Shown: one piece after another, positions 40,768 through 56,717 of the stretch
Numbering within the stretch: the stretch's first letter is position 1
Layout of the letters: each line of letters begins with the position of its first letter
From: Chrysomallon squamiferum
Taxonomy: Eukaryota > Animalia > Mollusca
Direction: 5' to 3'
Assembly (NCBI GenBank): GCA_012295275.1
Contig: CM022674.1
Coordinates: 13,020,001 to 13,084,000, forward strand
Length of the DNA: 64,000 nucleotides
The notes under the pieces: model-generated
Database searches by the model: none
The model's input: only the letters and a program-made list of their open reading frames with translations
Told to the model about the DNA's origin: nothing
Program-made: the position numbers and the translations under genes

Positions 40768-42399
40768 GACATATATATATATATGTATATTTGTCGCTAT
40801 CTCTCCGACTCTATGTATCTCTTCTCTTTTTCTCTTTCATTCTTCTTTCTTTCTTTAGTTCACATACTTTCTCTCTTTCTACTTATTTTTTAGTTTTCTT
40901 TATCTCGTATATTCTATTTCTTTCTCCCCCAAAAAATAAAATAAAATAAAATAAAATAAAAATCTTTACTGAACACTTTCTGCAAACGCTTTTAGCGTTA
41001 GTGTTTACATACATTTAATTATTTACCGATGTTTGTTGTTTCTGCACGTTTATTGATTACCTCTGGACAAGACAACTTGATAACGATTCCTTTTTAAGCT
41101 TTTTATATATATAAAAAAAAAAGAGAGAGAGAATGAATATTTGTTTAAAAAACATCTTATCAAATTTTAATATTAACGATATTCCATACTGACTACTTAA
41201 AGCACAACCAAAATATGTGAAATTTTTTTTTTATATTAAGACGTTGTTCTGGTGTAATCTTCGAAATTAGTTGTACCGTAGTTTGAACCTGATGTAGAGA
41301 GAATCTGTAGTATAATCACGATGTAGCCAAGAATAGCCAAGACAGAAAATAACATGATTTTATAAATAATTAAACTGGACACCTTTAACTTGTGGGGTTT
41401 TTCTAACTGATTAAACACGGACATACCAAGGTCAGTATGTGTTTGTTATAAAAACATCCGTTCTTATCTTGTGACCTCTAGAAATTACATACAATAAACA
41501 CATTTGCTTGGATAAAACATATATCACGGAGTTTGATATCTCAATATACATCAGTTAGTTCATAAAAATGTCTCTTCACTTATTTTTTTATCTTTATGGT
41601 AAATAGTACAATAATTCCACAGAGCAGACTGGATCCTATGAACTGTCATTCCACAGGTTAACAAGTAAATATGTTAGCTTCAGGTTCTGTTAGGTATTGC
41701 TCCTGTTTGAAGATAAAAATAAATAGTTTCTAAGACGAATAACTTCATCGAATGAATTGTTTGAGTCAGATGGTTTTTGAGGGGCACGATAGGTTTGCTT
41801 GAACATTTTTGTGACTGAAAAAGGCGTCCCCAGAATTATTTCCTATTTTTATAAAAGCGTGTTTTGTGGTCATGGAAAGAATGAAAGAATGAAGAAAAGA
41901 GCGAATGATGGATGAAATAAGAAAAAAAGAAAGCAAGAAAGACTGAATGAATGAAAAGGCAAACTAAAAACAAAGAAGGAGAAAGACAGAAAGAAAAATA
42001 AAAGGGAAATTCTACAAAAAACAAGATTCAAATTGGGACAATAATTAAAATATTGGTGTCATATTATCTATAATTCTCAAACAAAGAATAATAATAAGAA
42101 AAAGAAGAAAGTCAAAAATGAAAAACAGAAAAAAGGAGGAGCTAAAGGCAGATAAGAAGAATTCACTTCCAAGGTAACAGAAGGAATCTTTGGTTATTTC
42201 TGGCGGACTTGAATTGATCAGGCTTTAGTCAACAAGTTTGCACTTTTCTGTCAAACACAATCTGTTTCCGACACCTCGGAGTCACCGTGTAAAAAAAAAC
42301 ACCTGAAAAAAATGCACGTCTCTCAAGGTTTATCAGCATTTAGTTGTTACTGTCGTTCTGTTTTTTTTATTTACTTCTAGTTCTGCTGTATGTGTGTGT

Positions 42400-42458
<59 letters not shown>

Positions 42459-42566
42459 TGTCTGTGTGTGTGTGTGTACTTTAGTTTTTATTCTTAGTAG
42501 TATCATTTTTTATTTTATTGTTTTCATTCTTTCATTCTTCTTCCTATTTTTTCTTGCTTTATTTTT

Positions 42567-42613
<47 letters not shown>

Positions 42614-42826
42614 TAATATACTTCCCTCCCATGTTCATGTACCATCGTATTTTGGATAAAGTGTACAATAAACTTTTCAAGCACGCCTGAAATGGACCTA
42701 GAGACAGTTCATGACAGTGTTTTATTTTCTGTTCCTTTATCTCATTTTGATCGTTTTATAAAAAAAATATCATAACAAGAAAGAAACTATTAATAAATTA
42801 CAAGATGTTTCTTCTTCTTCTTCTTC

Positions 42827-42859
<33 letters not shown>

Positions 42860-42914
42860 TTACTGTCGTCTTTTCCTTCTTCTTTTTCTTGATCAGATAA
42901 TCCTATTTTCAATT

Positions 42915-43306
<392 letters not shown>

Positions 43307-46300
43307 GATTCATCTTGACGCGATGATTTAAACCAACAAAAAAGAAATTTTTTTTTTTTTTTTTTTAAACCGGGGCTTTGATTCGGACAAGAACTCTAAT
43401 TTGCGCGACGGATCAAACAGCAATTATCAACACTCGTTTATCAGAAATAACCGTCTGTGTGTTTGTCATATCTTTATTTTTATTTACTCAGTTTCTCTGT
43501 TAATGGCTCTCGTTTCCTCGACTGGTGCAAACAACACAAATAATAATTATAGAGCGTCCAGAACGCTAAAAGGAAAGCATATTTAATTTTCTTTTTCCAG
43601 TTTAAATGGATTCATTTCCGAAATTTAAAAGGACAACGTAATTATCAGAAGAACAGAATTAAGGACAGCCATTTTGTTTATCGTTTTTACTATCATCATA
43701 ATTTATAGGGTTTTTTTCTTTCTTCTTTGTGACACAGACAGACAGACTGACAGACAGACACAGACAAACACAGACAAAGAAATATTAACATATTCAGAGA
43801 CATATAAATTTATAAACTGACATATAAATCCATAGAAATGCATATAAAGTTGTCAAAAAAAGAAATAATAAAAACGTTAATGTAGACAAAGATAAAATAA
43901 TATTTTAGAATTTACATAAAATTATATTCTTAGATAAATAGGTAGATGTTCGTAAACAGAGACCTGTGAAAGGTGAAGAAATAAATGAAAAAAGAAAGAC
44001 AGAAGGAAAGAAAGAAGGAAAACATCAGTTAAAAATATATGAAAAAAAAAAAAATTAAGAAGATAGTTACAGAACGAAAATATCGTTTTTATTCATTTCT
44101 TAAAAGAAAAAAACAACAACAGATATGTGCGTGTGCGTGTGCGTGTACGTGCGTGTGTGTGTCTGTGTGTGAGAGAGAGATTCAGACGGACAGTTAGATG
44201 GATAATCAGTTGCCCACATCTTCGTTAAAAATGAGAAAGACTAGAAAATGAAAACGGCAGGAAAACATAAAAATACGTAAACAAATAAACGTAGAGATAA
44301 TCTTGTTCATACCCGTTTCAGTAAAGAACGAGAAAAAAAAAAAAAAAAAAGAAAGACAGAAAAGTAAAGAAATGAACGAAAGAATTGAAAAGAAATAAAA
44401 TATAAAACCTATCCACTTCACTTATCATTCATTGATTTTCTACCCTTTCTTCAAAAAAGCAGACGACAAAATGGCGGATTTTGGAGAGGCTGAAAAATAT
44501 TTTTGTTTCGAACGTTCTTTTTTTTTTTTTTTTTGTCCTATGGAAAATCGTTCTCCTTCCAAACAATTAAGCGTGCAGCTCTGAAAAACCACCAATAATC
44601 GCCAATATTTGCTCAGCAAAATGCAGATACTTGTTTCTAGAAATCGATGTCATTTCTTTTTAGTGTTTGGCGATAAGCAACAGAAAGGTACATTGATTAA
44701 AAATACAGAAATTCTCCTTCTTTTTTTCCCCCTTTCATTTCAAACTTTAGAAAAAAAAAAAAAAAAAAAAAAAAAAATGTATACAGGTTTTTGCTCTATT
44801 TTTTTTTAAACTTCTTACGATTAATATTTTTTTCTACATTTTAAAAATATTTTTTTTTTTTTTTTATTTGATGCATGTTTTTTTTTTTTTTTCCTTCGGT
44901 TTCTTGAAAAGGTTTAATGTATTGGGAAGTGGGCAATATTTGCTTTCAGCAACCAGTTTGCATTAACGATTTTACATCGGGTTTTATCAAGAATTAGCTA
45001 TTCTGTATAATTATAAGCTCAACGTGAACAAATATTAACAACAATCACAGCTGCCATTACACGTGTAATGATGACAGACCAGGAAAAACGCAAACTGAAA
45101 AATATGTATTTTACTGAGAAATAATTACACAGCTTAACTGAGCGAATGAAGTTCCTTGTTTGTTTCTTCTTGTCATTTGTCGTTTTTTACTTTTATTTTA
45201 TTTTTATTTTTTACAAAATTTAAGGAAGAAGTTTTTTTCTTTTATTCTTGGTTATTTTGTTCGTCATCGTCATCATCATCATCATCATCATCATCTTATG
45301 ATGCTTGTTATTACTATTAGTAATATTAATAGTAAGAAACAGTATTGTGGGTGTGGTGGTAGTAGTAATAGTAGTAGCAGTTGTAGCTGTAGAGACATTA
45401 GCAAATGTAGCTGTGGTTGTATCTGTTGTTCTAGTGCCATTAATGTTATCATCATCGTTGTAGTTGTACACAGATACACATACATTAAATACACACTTAC
45501 ATATCAATAAATACCCAACCCCCCACACATAAACATACATATATACATACATACATGCATAGATACATAGATACATACATTAGATACAGACATACATACA
45601 TACATACATACATACATACATACATACATACATACATACATACATACATACATACATACATACATACACATACAAACATAATTTCAACGCAGAATAAAAG
45701 AACCTAAGTTAACACACCTAGTAAAGTAACAATAAGATAACTGAGTTCTTAATCTATGATAAACTGAAAAAAAAAAAAAAAAAACGAATTAAAGAAAGGA
45801 ATAAAGAAACAAAATACTCCAAGCTACTTTTGATAATGACTAAGTCATTAATATTCATGAATCTTTTCAAATTAATAATCATGAGATTCCAACACGTAAA
45901 CCCAGCCTGCTGAGCACGTCGTATTCTTACGGAATTACTCGATTATCTTTTTTTTTTTTTTTTTTTCTTCCATTTAACGTGAAAGCAAATCCTAAACCAC
46001 TGACACGAGGAAATTTCATATCCATTTTTAATGGTTGTCGATTACACAACAACAGAACGGGCAGGTAACTCCATATCGAGCCGCGGTGACAGTTTGTTTA
46101 CAAACGATCACGAAAAGTAAACCTCGCCGACACTGGCCGTGAATGGCCCATGAATTTCTAAATACGCGAGCGACACAACACGATCCGTATTTACCTTTCT
46201 CACATGGGTGACATAGCTAGGTGTACACCGCTCTACACGCAAAACGGGGCTTCTGTCGCTACCGCGCATGCTCCTGTTTGCTTCGACTGGCCGACGTCTG

Positions 46301-46613
46301 GCTGCATGGCGCGGTAACCTGGAGACGGAAAGATGGCGTAACAATGCGCGGTGTCGGTCAATATTGTTATACTAATGATCAAAGGCGTTTCACGGATACC
46401 GCAAACAAACGAGAACTTCCAGTGTCGACATTACACGTAGCACGTGGGCGCTACTGTATGGGTTTCACTTTTCGCTGTTTTCTTTCTATTTTCTTTTTCT
46501 CCCCCAATTAAGTTCATTAAACAAGAAAGTGCTGATAATAACAGCGACCTTTTGGCAACGCTGAAAAATAAAAATTCAATATGCTTAAGAGTGTAGTTCT
46601 CTTCTCTTCTCTT

Positions 46614-46685
<72 letters not shown>

Positions 46686-48205
46686 ATGTTTACAACAAAA
46701 AAGAAATAAGTAATGGCACATAAATTAATGACAAGATTTCAACAGCATTCCAGAATTAATATGTATATAATGGCGTAACCTCATACAAGACAAATTGATA
46801 ATATTTGTAAAATGTATTGATTATTTTAAATAATAACTGTATTCCAATCAATTCCTTATTATAAGCTGACCTTTTCCTTTAGTTTTTGTTTGTTTCTTTT
46901 CTTTTTATTTAGGCCTTATTCATTTTTTTTCCCCTCTAATATGAACGGACAGATAATACGATAAGTTGTTAATAATTTTGAGAAATATTTTTTTGGAAAA
47001 AAAAAAAAAAAAAAAAAGACATGAGAATATTTCGTGCGAGACTCTGCATAAAAAAGCGAACTTTACTGACATGTACGATAAAACCTGTCACTTAGACATA
47101 CTTTAAACCGATAACTCACGAATCGTGCCGATGAATTACGGAAATTGCGTTCTTAGTACGGTGATGTTTTTATCAGCCGATTTCGTGCGCGTTAAAAAGC
47201 TCTTCTGTGCGGCTAAGCCATTTACAATGTGGAATTTTTACACTTGATTTTCTTCCAATTCCTAAGTGCTCGTATTTTAAGCTTTTTTTCTCATAGCTCA
47301 AGAGTCATTTAAATGAAACCGACTTCCGGAACAATACGAGCCCGTTACGAAACCATTTTCGTAAAACTTCGGAGATTAAAAAATATTACGTCAACTAGAA
47401 ATCGTTTATACATACTTACACCGTACATAATCGATTTATTCGAAAACGAGCCCGCATTTTCCCCTTTAGGTAAACGATTTACTTCCCTTGCGCGAACTCT
47501 TCTTTATAATGAAACTCGATGAGGAGTAAACACGATCGGCAGCTCTTCTGTCGAGGGAGACGCGAAAAGCGCTCTTGAAAGGAAACGAGCTGGTAGGACG
47601 CTTTCAGCGCTGTTGATTCAATCGACCAATCGTTGCGCACCTTTCAAAAAGAGGTTTGATCGGCGCAAAGAGAGAGGCGCTCAACAAGCTCGTTTCGTCA
47701 ATGGATCGCGCCCCGAGGCGATCTTCGCGAGATAATTCCCGCCGCGAGTGATAAGACATCCTCAGCAGCCGCATTGAGCACCAAGTCGTCGATAGACGTC
47801 GCTTTTTTACCAGTTAATTGTCTCCAACAAAAGCCGCGCCGAGTCTGCTTGATACGCTATTTACTCAGTAACATTCTCTGTTTGTTTTTTTTCTCTGTAG
47901 ATCTGCATATCTGCAAAAAAAAAAATGTTAATAAGTACATTTCCAAACTGGTTTTAAACGGGTGTATAGATCGAGTTGATGGCATGATATAAAATCGCCA
48001 ATAGTAACTTCCTGGATTTTTTTTTTTTTTTTTTTTTAAATCTTTCTTTTTTCTTTTAGTTCTTTCCTTTTCCAAGTATCTCCCTAGTCCATCTATCTAG
48101 TCTTTTTCTTTCTTTTTCTCTCTATCCGTTTATATTTGTCTATATTTCTTTATCTCTCTTTTTTGTTCTGTGTTCATGTCTCAGTGTTCAAGTTCCGTTC
48201 CAGAT

Positions 48206-48293
<88 letters not shown>

Positions 48294-48783
48294 CCGCCCC
48301 CAATCTAAATATCTGTTTCACTTCCCCACTCTCTCATCAAACGAGATTTCTTAATGAAAATGTTTGCCCTCAAAGCGAATCTCCACAAACATCCATTCAT
48401 TCAAACCAACACGGAATCAGAGTCGATCAAAAGAAAAGAAATAGGAAAAAAAAAAAAAAAAAAAAACGAGCCTCTGGAATTGCGTTAAGCGACTTTTCAG
48501 TTACCTTTTCACTGCGAAAACAAGCTTTCGTTGCCTCGTTTTATAAATCGGATGATAAAAAGCGCAAAGAGTTAAGTCGAGAAATCAAGACCAGATTGAA
48601 ATCCTCTTTTAAAATTTGGAATTAGCCAGCGATCGAATCGAAATGTTAAACAGCTGATTAGACGTGAAAAAGTTCCCAGAGAAATCAAACCGTTTTAACG
48701 CTGTATTGATTGAAGACGAGAAACTCGCAGCGAGGAAATCATTGTTACCATCGACTCGCTGTCAGCTGGATATTTATTTATTT

Positions 48784-48830
<47 letters not shown>

Positions 48831-48835
48831 TCTAC

Positions 48836-48890
<55 letters not shown>

Positions 48891-50822
48891 TCTATTTTTA
48901 TTTTTTATTTTTTGTATTATTTATTTCTGTTGTTGATGCTATTGCTTGCTGTTTTTGTGCTAATATTTCTGTGGTCATCACCACTACTTCTACTATAACT
49001 ACCACTACTACAATTACTACCATTACTACTACTATTAGCACTATTACATATAATACCACGACCACTACTACTAATACTTTTAATAAAATACTGCTTCTAC
49101 TAATATTATTGTTGTTGTTGTTGTTGTTGTTGTTAAGGGCGACGATGATGATTTTTCTGTGTTAAGTGTCATCATCATCGTTGTTGTTGTGGCAGAAGTT
49201 GATGAAATCAGTTTGACGTCTTTCGTTGTTTCTACCGAGGATTTATTTTTATTTTGTTTTTATTTGTTTTTGTTGTGTTTTTATTTATTTTTTATTATTT
49301 TTTTTATTTTTTTTTTTTTCGTACTTCCTTGAGTCTATTGAAATCTGGTTCCCGATATTTACAAAACTCTCAATTTTCGGTCCATCTTGCCTAAGTCTTG
49401 TAAAATAAACTACTTTATTTGCTGTTGGTTGTTTCTTCTTTTTTCTATTATTTTCTTATTCGTTTTTGAGAAGCTGGTAATGCTGTACATTTCCTTGAAC
49501 TCAGGCCTAATTCAATTTCAAAAAGGTGAGAAAAAAAACAACATCAACAAAAAAACACGAAAATTAAAGCTATTCGAAGTCTACAGTACATGAATTGAAA
49601 TCAATTTGTTCCTCAAGTAGTACTTGTAGAAATGAAACTCGACATAAGCACGTGCTGATGGCACGAGCTCGCGCGCGGCCCGTTTTTTATGTAAGGAACT
49701 AATTTGGAAATGCGTGTTGTTGTCTTTTTCTTCTTCTTTTTTCACTCGTTTCGAAACTATCGCTGTTTGAACTAATTATCTTCTGTTTACAAAAAATCCT
49801 TTCGTTCTACGACGAATGTTTGCTTTCCAGCCCGGTCCAGTCGATCTCTGAAACGTCCGCCATCTTAATAGACCGTTACCCACAGCGCGCGGTCCAGTTG
49901 CGCAACGTGATTATCGCACTTCAACGCGAGAATTGGCCAGAATGTTACAAACTCGACTTTTTTGGACCGGCGACTTCAAAAAGCTACGCTGCTGTGTCGC
50001 AGTGTATGGAAATCTTTTCTCAAGACAAAGGTGTGAAAATGAACCGCTAATTAACGAGCGAAAGTATCCCACCCGCAGTTCGGCTCAATCTCGTTGCATC
50101 ACAGAAGTAATTTTGATATTTTTAAAGCGTCCATAATGCACGCGTTTCTCTAACCTGTTAGTTTAATGACCACATGAAACATCTGTTACGACATTTTCTT
50201 TTGTTTCGGGCCGAGATTCGGGAAATTAGTGTCGCCATCTGCAAGGGAAATTTTTTTTGCATAATCCGTAGGTTGATGATTCGTCTTGGGATGGTGATAA
50301 AGATTATAAATATGTTTTGTTCCCTAATTTCCTATAATTCCACGTGTCAGTTTTCTTTAGGATAATGATAAACGTAGAAAAAAAAAAAAAAAAGGATGAT
50401 GACGAAGATAATGATGACGTCGATGACAGGCGACAAAATTTTGCAGAATTACAATAAAGAAAGATGATATAATGTTACTGTACTGTTACGTAATGTAATT
50501 CTAGTTTCAGTTTGACGGGGTAGATTCTTAACAAAAGCCAATCATTTTCTTCTTCTTCTTCTTCTTCTTCTTATTATTATTATTATTGTCCTGTGCAGTA
50601 TATTTAACATGTGTTAAATTATTTCACACGAAAATATTGGCTGATGGGTAAGGTCAGATTTGAAACGGATTTTCAGTGCCATATGACCAGGATGTCGTGT
50701 CAAAGGTCACATGTAAATCTATCTGCTCATGGGAAAATACTTTCTGTCTTTCTTTCGTTTTTCTCTTCTTCTGTCTTTTTCTTTCGTTTTTATTCTCATT
50801 TATTTTATTTTATCTATGTGTG

Positions 50823-50855
<33 letters not shown>

Positions 50856-50902
50856 AACATTTGTGTATCAATATATATATATATATGTCTACACACACAC
50901 AC

Positions 50903-50939
<37 letters not shown>

Positions 50940-51410
50940 AACACATAATTTATGTTTAACCATGCCCAATATTCTTAATGAAATGCTACCACACTATCAA
51001 TCACCTCGTCACGTGATACACAACAAGACTGGTCCTCAGTCAACCATTCCGCCAGACTCCAGGACCAGTTAATCTCGGCGGAAGTTTTGATTAGCTCAAT
51101 TTGCGCGAGTTCCGGTCAGGTGAAAACATCACAACATTTCCCGCCACTCGTGTTCTGCACTAACGAGATTCGGAGTAATTGGGGAATACCTGGGACTCGC
51201 GTACAATTTGTCAGCACGTCTACAACGCTGGCCACGACGTAGTCTTGCTGATGGGAATGGTAGTTGAACACGACGTGCAGTTCAGATAAATTAAAAATAA
51301 TTAGTAAAACGAACGTGCGTTTAATGAAACTCCAGCTTAAATTAACTTGTTGTTAGATTCGAATCATATGTCTGGGTTTTTCTTCTTCTTCTTCTTCTTC
51401 TTCTTCTTCT

Positions 51411-51457
<47 letters not shown>

Positions 51458-51658
51458 CCTCCTCCCAACAATAACAACATAATAATAATAATGTATATAA
51501 TAATAATAATAATAATAATATTAAAAGTAACAATAATAATTATAATAATAATGGTATAGTAATATTAATAATAATCATCATTGTTATTATTACAACAATA
51601 ACAATAATAATATTTTAAAAACCCAGTTACATTTAACTACAGTTTTTATCAGTAACAG

Positions 51659-51691
<33 letters not shown>

Positions 51692-52233
51692 GCCAATTGT
51701 AAATATATTTAGAAGGACAGCATAGAGTTTTACATATGATCATAACCTGTAAACCGGTACGAAGATACGATCCCACCATCTGCCGTTCTTACGAGTCCTG
51801 TATTTAACTCAGTCCTGCGTAAAACCTCAAAGTAATGTTACGTTACTTTACTCCCCTTGAAATCACATCAGAAATACTTCATTTATGCTCGTTCTTTTTG
51901 GCTATGGCTCAGAAACTGCAGTTTTAGTTTGTTTGCTGTTCTTCACCTTTCAAGAGAAACTATTTTTCTTTCTTTTTTATTAGCTGTGTTGATTTAATTC
52001 TGCAAGTTTGATCAGGTGTCCGGGTTTTTGTCCGTCAACTTCAGTAAATCCAGGGATTACATTTTTTTATTTCTCTTGGCTAACAACTTGTGATCTTTGA
52101 CTAAAGATTACGTGAAGACGTCAACGTTATATATTTTCTTGTAGGGTTTCGTAGTGTTTGCAAAACTACTACGGCTGGTGCTTCAACTGCTGCCACTGCT
52201 GCTACGATAGTTACATCAGCAACAACAACAATA

Positions 52234-53012
52234 ACTACTACTACTTCTGCCACTGTTACTACTACTACTACTACTACTACTACTGCCACTGTTACTACTA
52301 CTACTACTGCCACTGTTACTACTACTACTACTACTACTGCCACTGTTACTACTACTACTATACTTCTGCCACTGTTACTACTACTACTACTACTACTACT
52401 GCTACTGTTACTACTACTACTACTTCTGCCACTGTTACTACTACTACTACTACTACTGCCACTGTTACTACTACTACTTCTGCCACTGTTACTACTACTA
52501 CTACTACTACTGCCACTGTTACTACTACTACTACTACTACTTCTGACACCGTTAGTTACTACTACTACTACTTCTGTTACTACTACTACTACTCTGCCAC
52601 TGTTACTACTACTACTACTTCTGACACTGTTACTACTACTACTACTTACTGCCACTGTTACTACTACTACTACTACTACTACTACTGACACTGTTACTAC
52701 TACTACTTACTTGCCACTGTTACTACTATTACTACACTGTTACTACCGTTACTACTACTACTACTTCTGACTACTATTACTACTACTACTACTTCTGACA
52801 CTGTTACTACTACTACAACTACTACTGCCACTGTTACTACTACTACTACTGCTACTACTTCTGCCACTGTTACTACTACTACTACTACTTCTGACACTGT
52901 TACTACTACTACTACTACTGCCACTGTTACTACTACTACTACTTCTGACACTGTTACTACTACTGCTACTACTACTGACACTGTTACTACTACTACTACA
53001 ACTACTACTACT
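52234..53012. repeat. Higher-order (ACT)n satellite punctuated by GCCACTGTT / TCTGACACTGTT
   Basis: Many units of [GCC|GAC]ACTGTT(ACT)n with variable n and several single-base indels. Confidence 0.9.
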
Positions 53013-54766
53013 TCTGCTGCAGCTGCTAATAGCAGCAGTAATTATAATAATAGTAGTGATAGTAGTTGTAGTAGCAATAACAATAATGATAGAAACTGTC
53101 GTCATGGCAGTAGACGTCGTCGTCGTCGTCGTCGTCGTAGTAGTAGTTCTTATTTTACAAACACTCTTACGTGAAATTCTGCAAAAGGTCAAGAAACTAC
53201 TTTTAGACGAAACAAACGGACAATCAGACTTCACTCACTACTTTCAAAAGCTTAAAGCTACATTCTCTGCTTTGTTGCTGAATATTTTAACTAGCAGTCA
53301 CGTGCTCATTTCCCAACGTTAAAGTCGCGTCCGTGCAGTTCGTGACTTCCTTTCACCGCAACAAATGGACACGTGTTCTAACGTGGGGGTTTTGTTTCCA
53401 GCGTACCCTCGGGTCGCGCCACCCTTCCACCCAATTTCACCCCCCCTCTAATGAAAACTTGACCTTCTTAGTCCACTGTGTGGAGAAAAAAGGGGGCGGT
53501 TTGCAGTGAACACAGAGGGTAATTTACCTCCAGAAATACGTGATTAATTGATTGTTGACGTGACCACCTGCCGCCTCACGGGTATCAAAGATAAATCGAG
53601 AAATCCGAGGCAGTGGTTTTATTATTTTATTCTGTCGTTATTGTTGTTGTTGTTGTTGTTGTGTTGTTGTTGCTGTTGTTATGGTTGTCGTTTTTATAGT
53701 ATATTATCAAGAAATTTCGTATCACATGACATGTTGTCAAATATATAAAATGAATTGTGCTTATGTTACAGATTTGTATTTTCAATGATTTAATGTAGAT
53801 ACACACACAGACAGACAGTTAGACAGCTAACCGTTTATTAGTTATTTAATTGCATCGCTAGAACATATTTGTTAATTTTTGTTATGAATATCAAACATTT
53901 GAACTTTCTCATATATAATTCCCCCACCCCCATGTTCTCTTTAGCAGTAACATTTTTTTTTTACCTTGGCCCTCTCATAGACAGGAAATACCAGACAGCA
54001 GATCTGATTGGAACGACACATAACCTCTAAGACGCTTTCACGGTGATCGATCCAGCGACCCAGCACGCTTTAGAACATTTAAATTAAAACTTTAAACAAG
54101 GCAGCAACCTTGTTATAGAAACTGAAGAGAGAGAGAAAAAAGAAAAAAGAAAAAAAAAGAAGAAAAAAAAAAGAGAAGGTTTTGACCCTTAAAGTGGAAG
54201 GATGATATCATTCGATCCTGTGATGTAAATATCCCAACATATATTACATAACAGAAATGCGCCTGAAGGGTTTGGCTTTTGTCAAACACAGCGCGACCTT
54301 GTTTGAGAAAGCACGGAAAACAACCCGCGGATACCGAAAAATCCGAGACTTAGCGATCACCGACCAATCAAAGCTCTTGTATTTTTTCTATGCGGACGAT
54401 TTATGTAACGACGTCCAATCAAATATAAGCTTATTTTCTTAAGGTAGCCGTTGGCATTGAGCGTAAGGTAGAATAAACAGAAGTTAGATCATTGCAGGAC
54501 GAATCAATGGGAGATTTGTCTTTGTAGTGGTTGCAAAAACCCCGAGAGAAACATCGCTTTCAGACATCAAACGTGTTCAGAAATTGACACCGTGGAAGCC
54601 AGATTAATAGGAAAGGGAGAAGTTCTTCTTTTTTTAATCTTGTTTATTTGTGTCGCTTGATGTCGGCGCGATTCCAGTGCTGATGAGACTCGTCAGAATT
54701 TGTATTTCATTTCTGGTGCAAAATGCATTTTTTGGTCTTGTCTGTGTGCGTGCGTGTGTTCGTGTG

Positions 54767-54805
<39 letters not shown>

Positions 54806-56416
54806 TCTTTTTCTGCGGTTTCTCTCTGTCTCTGCGGTCTCTGTCTCTCTCTCTGTCTCTGTCTCTCTCTGTCTCTGTCTCTCTCTCTGTCTCTGCTTCT
54901 GCATTTTATATATATATATCTATGTGGTTATATGTATGTTTAATTAGTTATATCCGTGTATCTGTGCATCCTTTCCCCCCCACACCAATTTTAACCCTTC
55001 TCCTTTTGTCTTTCATAAAATAAAAAAACACATTTTTTGAAAATTTGTTTCGAAAATTAAAAATGAAAATAAAATTCAAAGAAAGAAAAATGAAAATTTA
55101 TGTTTTATTTAACATGAGGTCAAAAGACATTTTCTAAGAACAAAAGAAATAAATACTCGGTCACCTGGCGAGGGTCTATTTAGCAGTAAGCAGGGAAGCA
55201 TATATAGTTTATAAACCATTAATAGGAGAACACCAGAAAGGATGGATCCAGCTGCCAAATACGTCTAAGGCTCGCGATAAGTTTTTAAGACCATCACAAA
55301 AACAGTCATTTAAAAATACAGTTAATTCTGTTAGAAGCTTTAAAAATGATATTCTGAATTTTAAATTAGAACATATTTCATTTAACAAAAAAATGAAATA
55401 AAATAAAATAAATAAATAAATAAAAAAGTAATAAAATACATTTTTGAAATTACATTTGGGAAATAAAGAGATATTTTTCTTTATTTATTTTGTCAGTAAT
55501 TTAGATGGGTGGTTTTAATTTCTTTCTATCTTTATTTCTTTTTATTTCTTTCTTTTCTTTATTTTTCAATACTATTTACTTAAAACGTATTTATGATCTT
55601 TTAAACAAAAGCCCAACTAATTCTGTTCGCTGATACTTTTTTAAAAATCCTGAAACCTATACACATACATAATAATTATGTTTCTCACATTTCAACGAAA
55701 AAAAAAAAATCATTGAAAAGTCTTTAGAAATTATTAATGGTTTCGCACTTATTTTTGAATCCCGCGTGCATTGTGTGTACTTGATAATTGCATGAGAAAA
55801 ATTTGCATTCAAAGCAGAAAGTGAAACTAAAGCGGCTTAATGCGAAATGTCAAATTTGAGTAATAATTCTTAAATCGGGTGCTGCTTGGAATATGCAAGG
55901 GCATCTGGGAACGTGATTTTGGAAGTGAAATATACAACAATAATGGCCGCCATAATCTAGGTCACAGGCTTTGCGCGACATTAGGACAGAAAGAGAAAAA
56001 TAAAAAAATTAAAATTATTTATTCATGCAGCCAAGACAAAAAAAAAATGGCGTTTATTGACCCTGGTTATATTTCATACAGAAGACAATACAATCTTAAT
56101 GCAGAATTAAATTCCTTCGGCAGCTTGAAATCTCGCAGTGCATGTCGGGACAAAGGCTTTATTCCAAAATGCGCCAATTGTCTTGCTAATTTCGGTCGTG
56201 AATAAAAACAAAGAAAAATACGATTTCGATCATCGCCTATTTTCGTCCTGTCATCCAGAAAAGAAAAAAAAATTATAAATGGAGAGGAATAAAAGAAGAT
56301 TTTGTGGCATAATTTTCCTTCTGAGCCTGATGCATAAAGATTTTTTTTTTAATTCTTTTTTTGAAGATTAGTAATGAATTCAGTTGCTTGTTATCGGTTC
56401 CGTCCAAGCGCGTGAT

Positions 56417-56455
56417 CACACAGACACAGACACACACTCACACACACAGACACAT

Positions 56456-56497
<42 letters not shown>

Positions 56498-56717
56498 ACA
56501 CACATGCACACTCACAGAAACACACACACAGACATACACACACAGATACACACACACATACACACACACACCACATACACACACACAGACACACACCACA
56601 TACACACAGATACACACAGACCACATACACACACACACACACCACATACACACATACACACACACACCACATACACAGACACATACACATATACACAGAT
56701 ACACACACACACACACA
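56417..56717. repeat. Degenerate (AC)n tract
   Basis: Directly visible. Confidence 0.9.

Noticed and set aside
52101-53234. Mucin-like Thr/Ser-rich coding exon
   Set aside because: An acceptor-like TTTTCTTGTAG precedes it, but several single-base indels (e.g. near 52360 and 52553) break the Thr frame; it fits an (ACT)n satellite.
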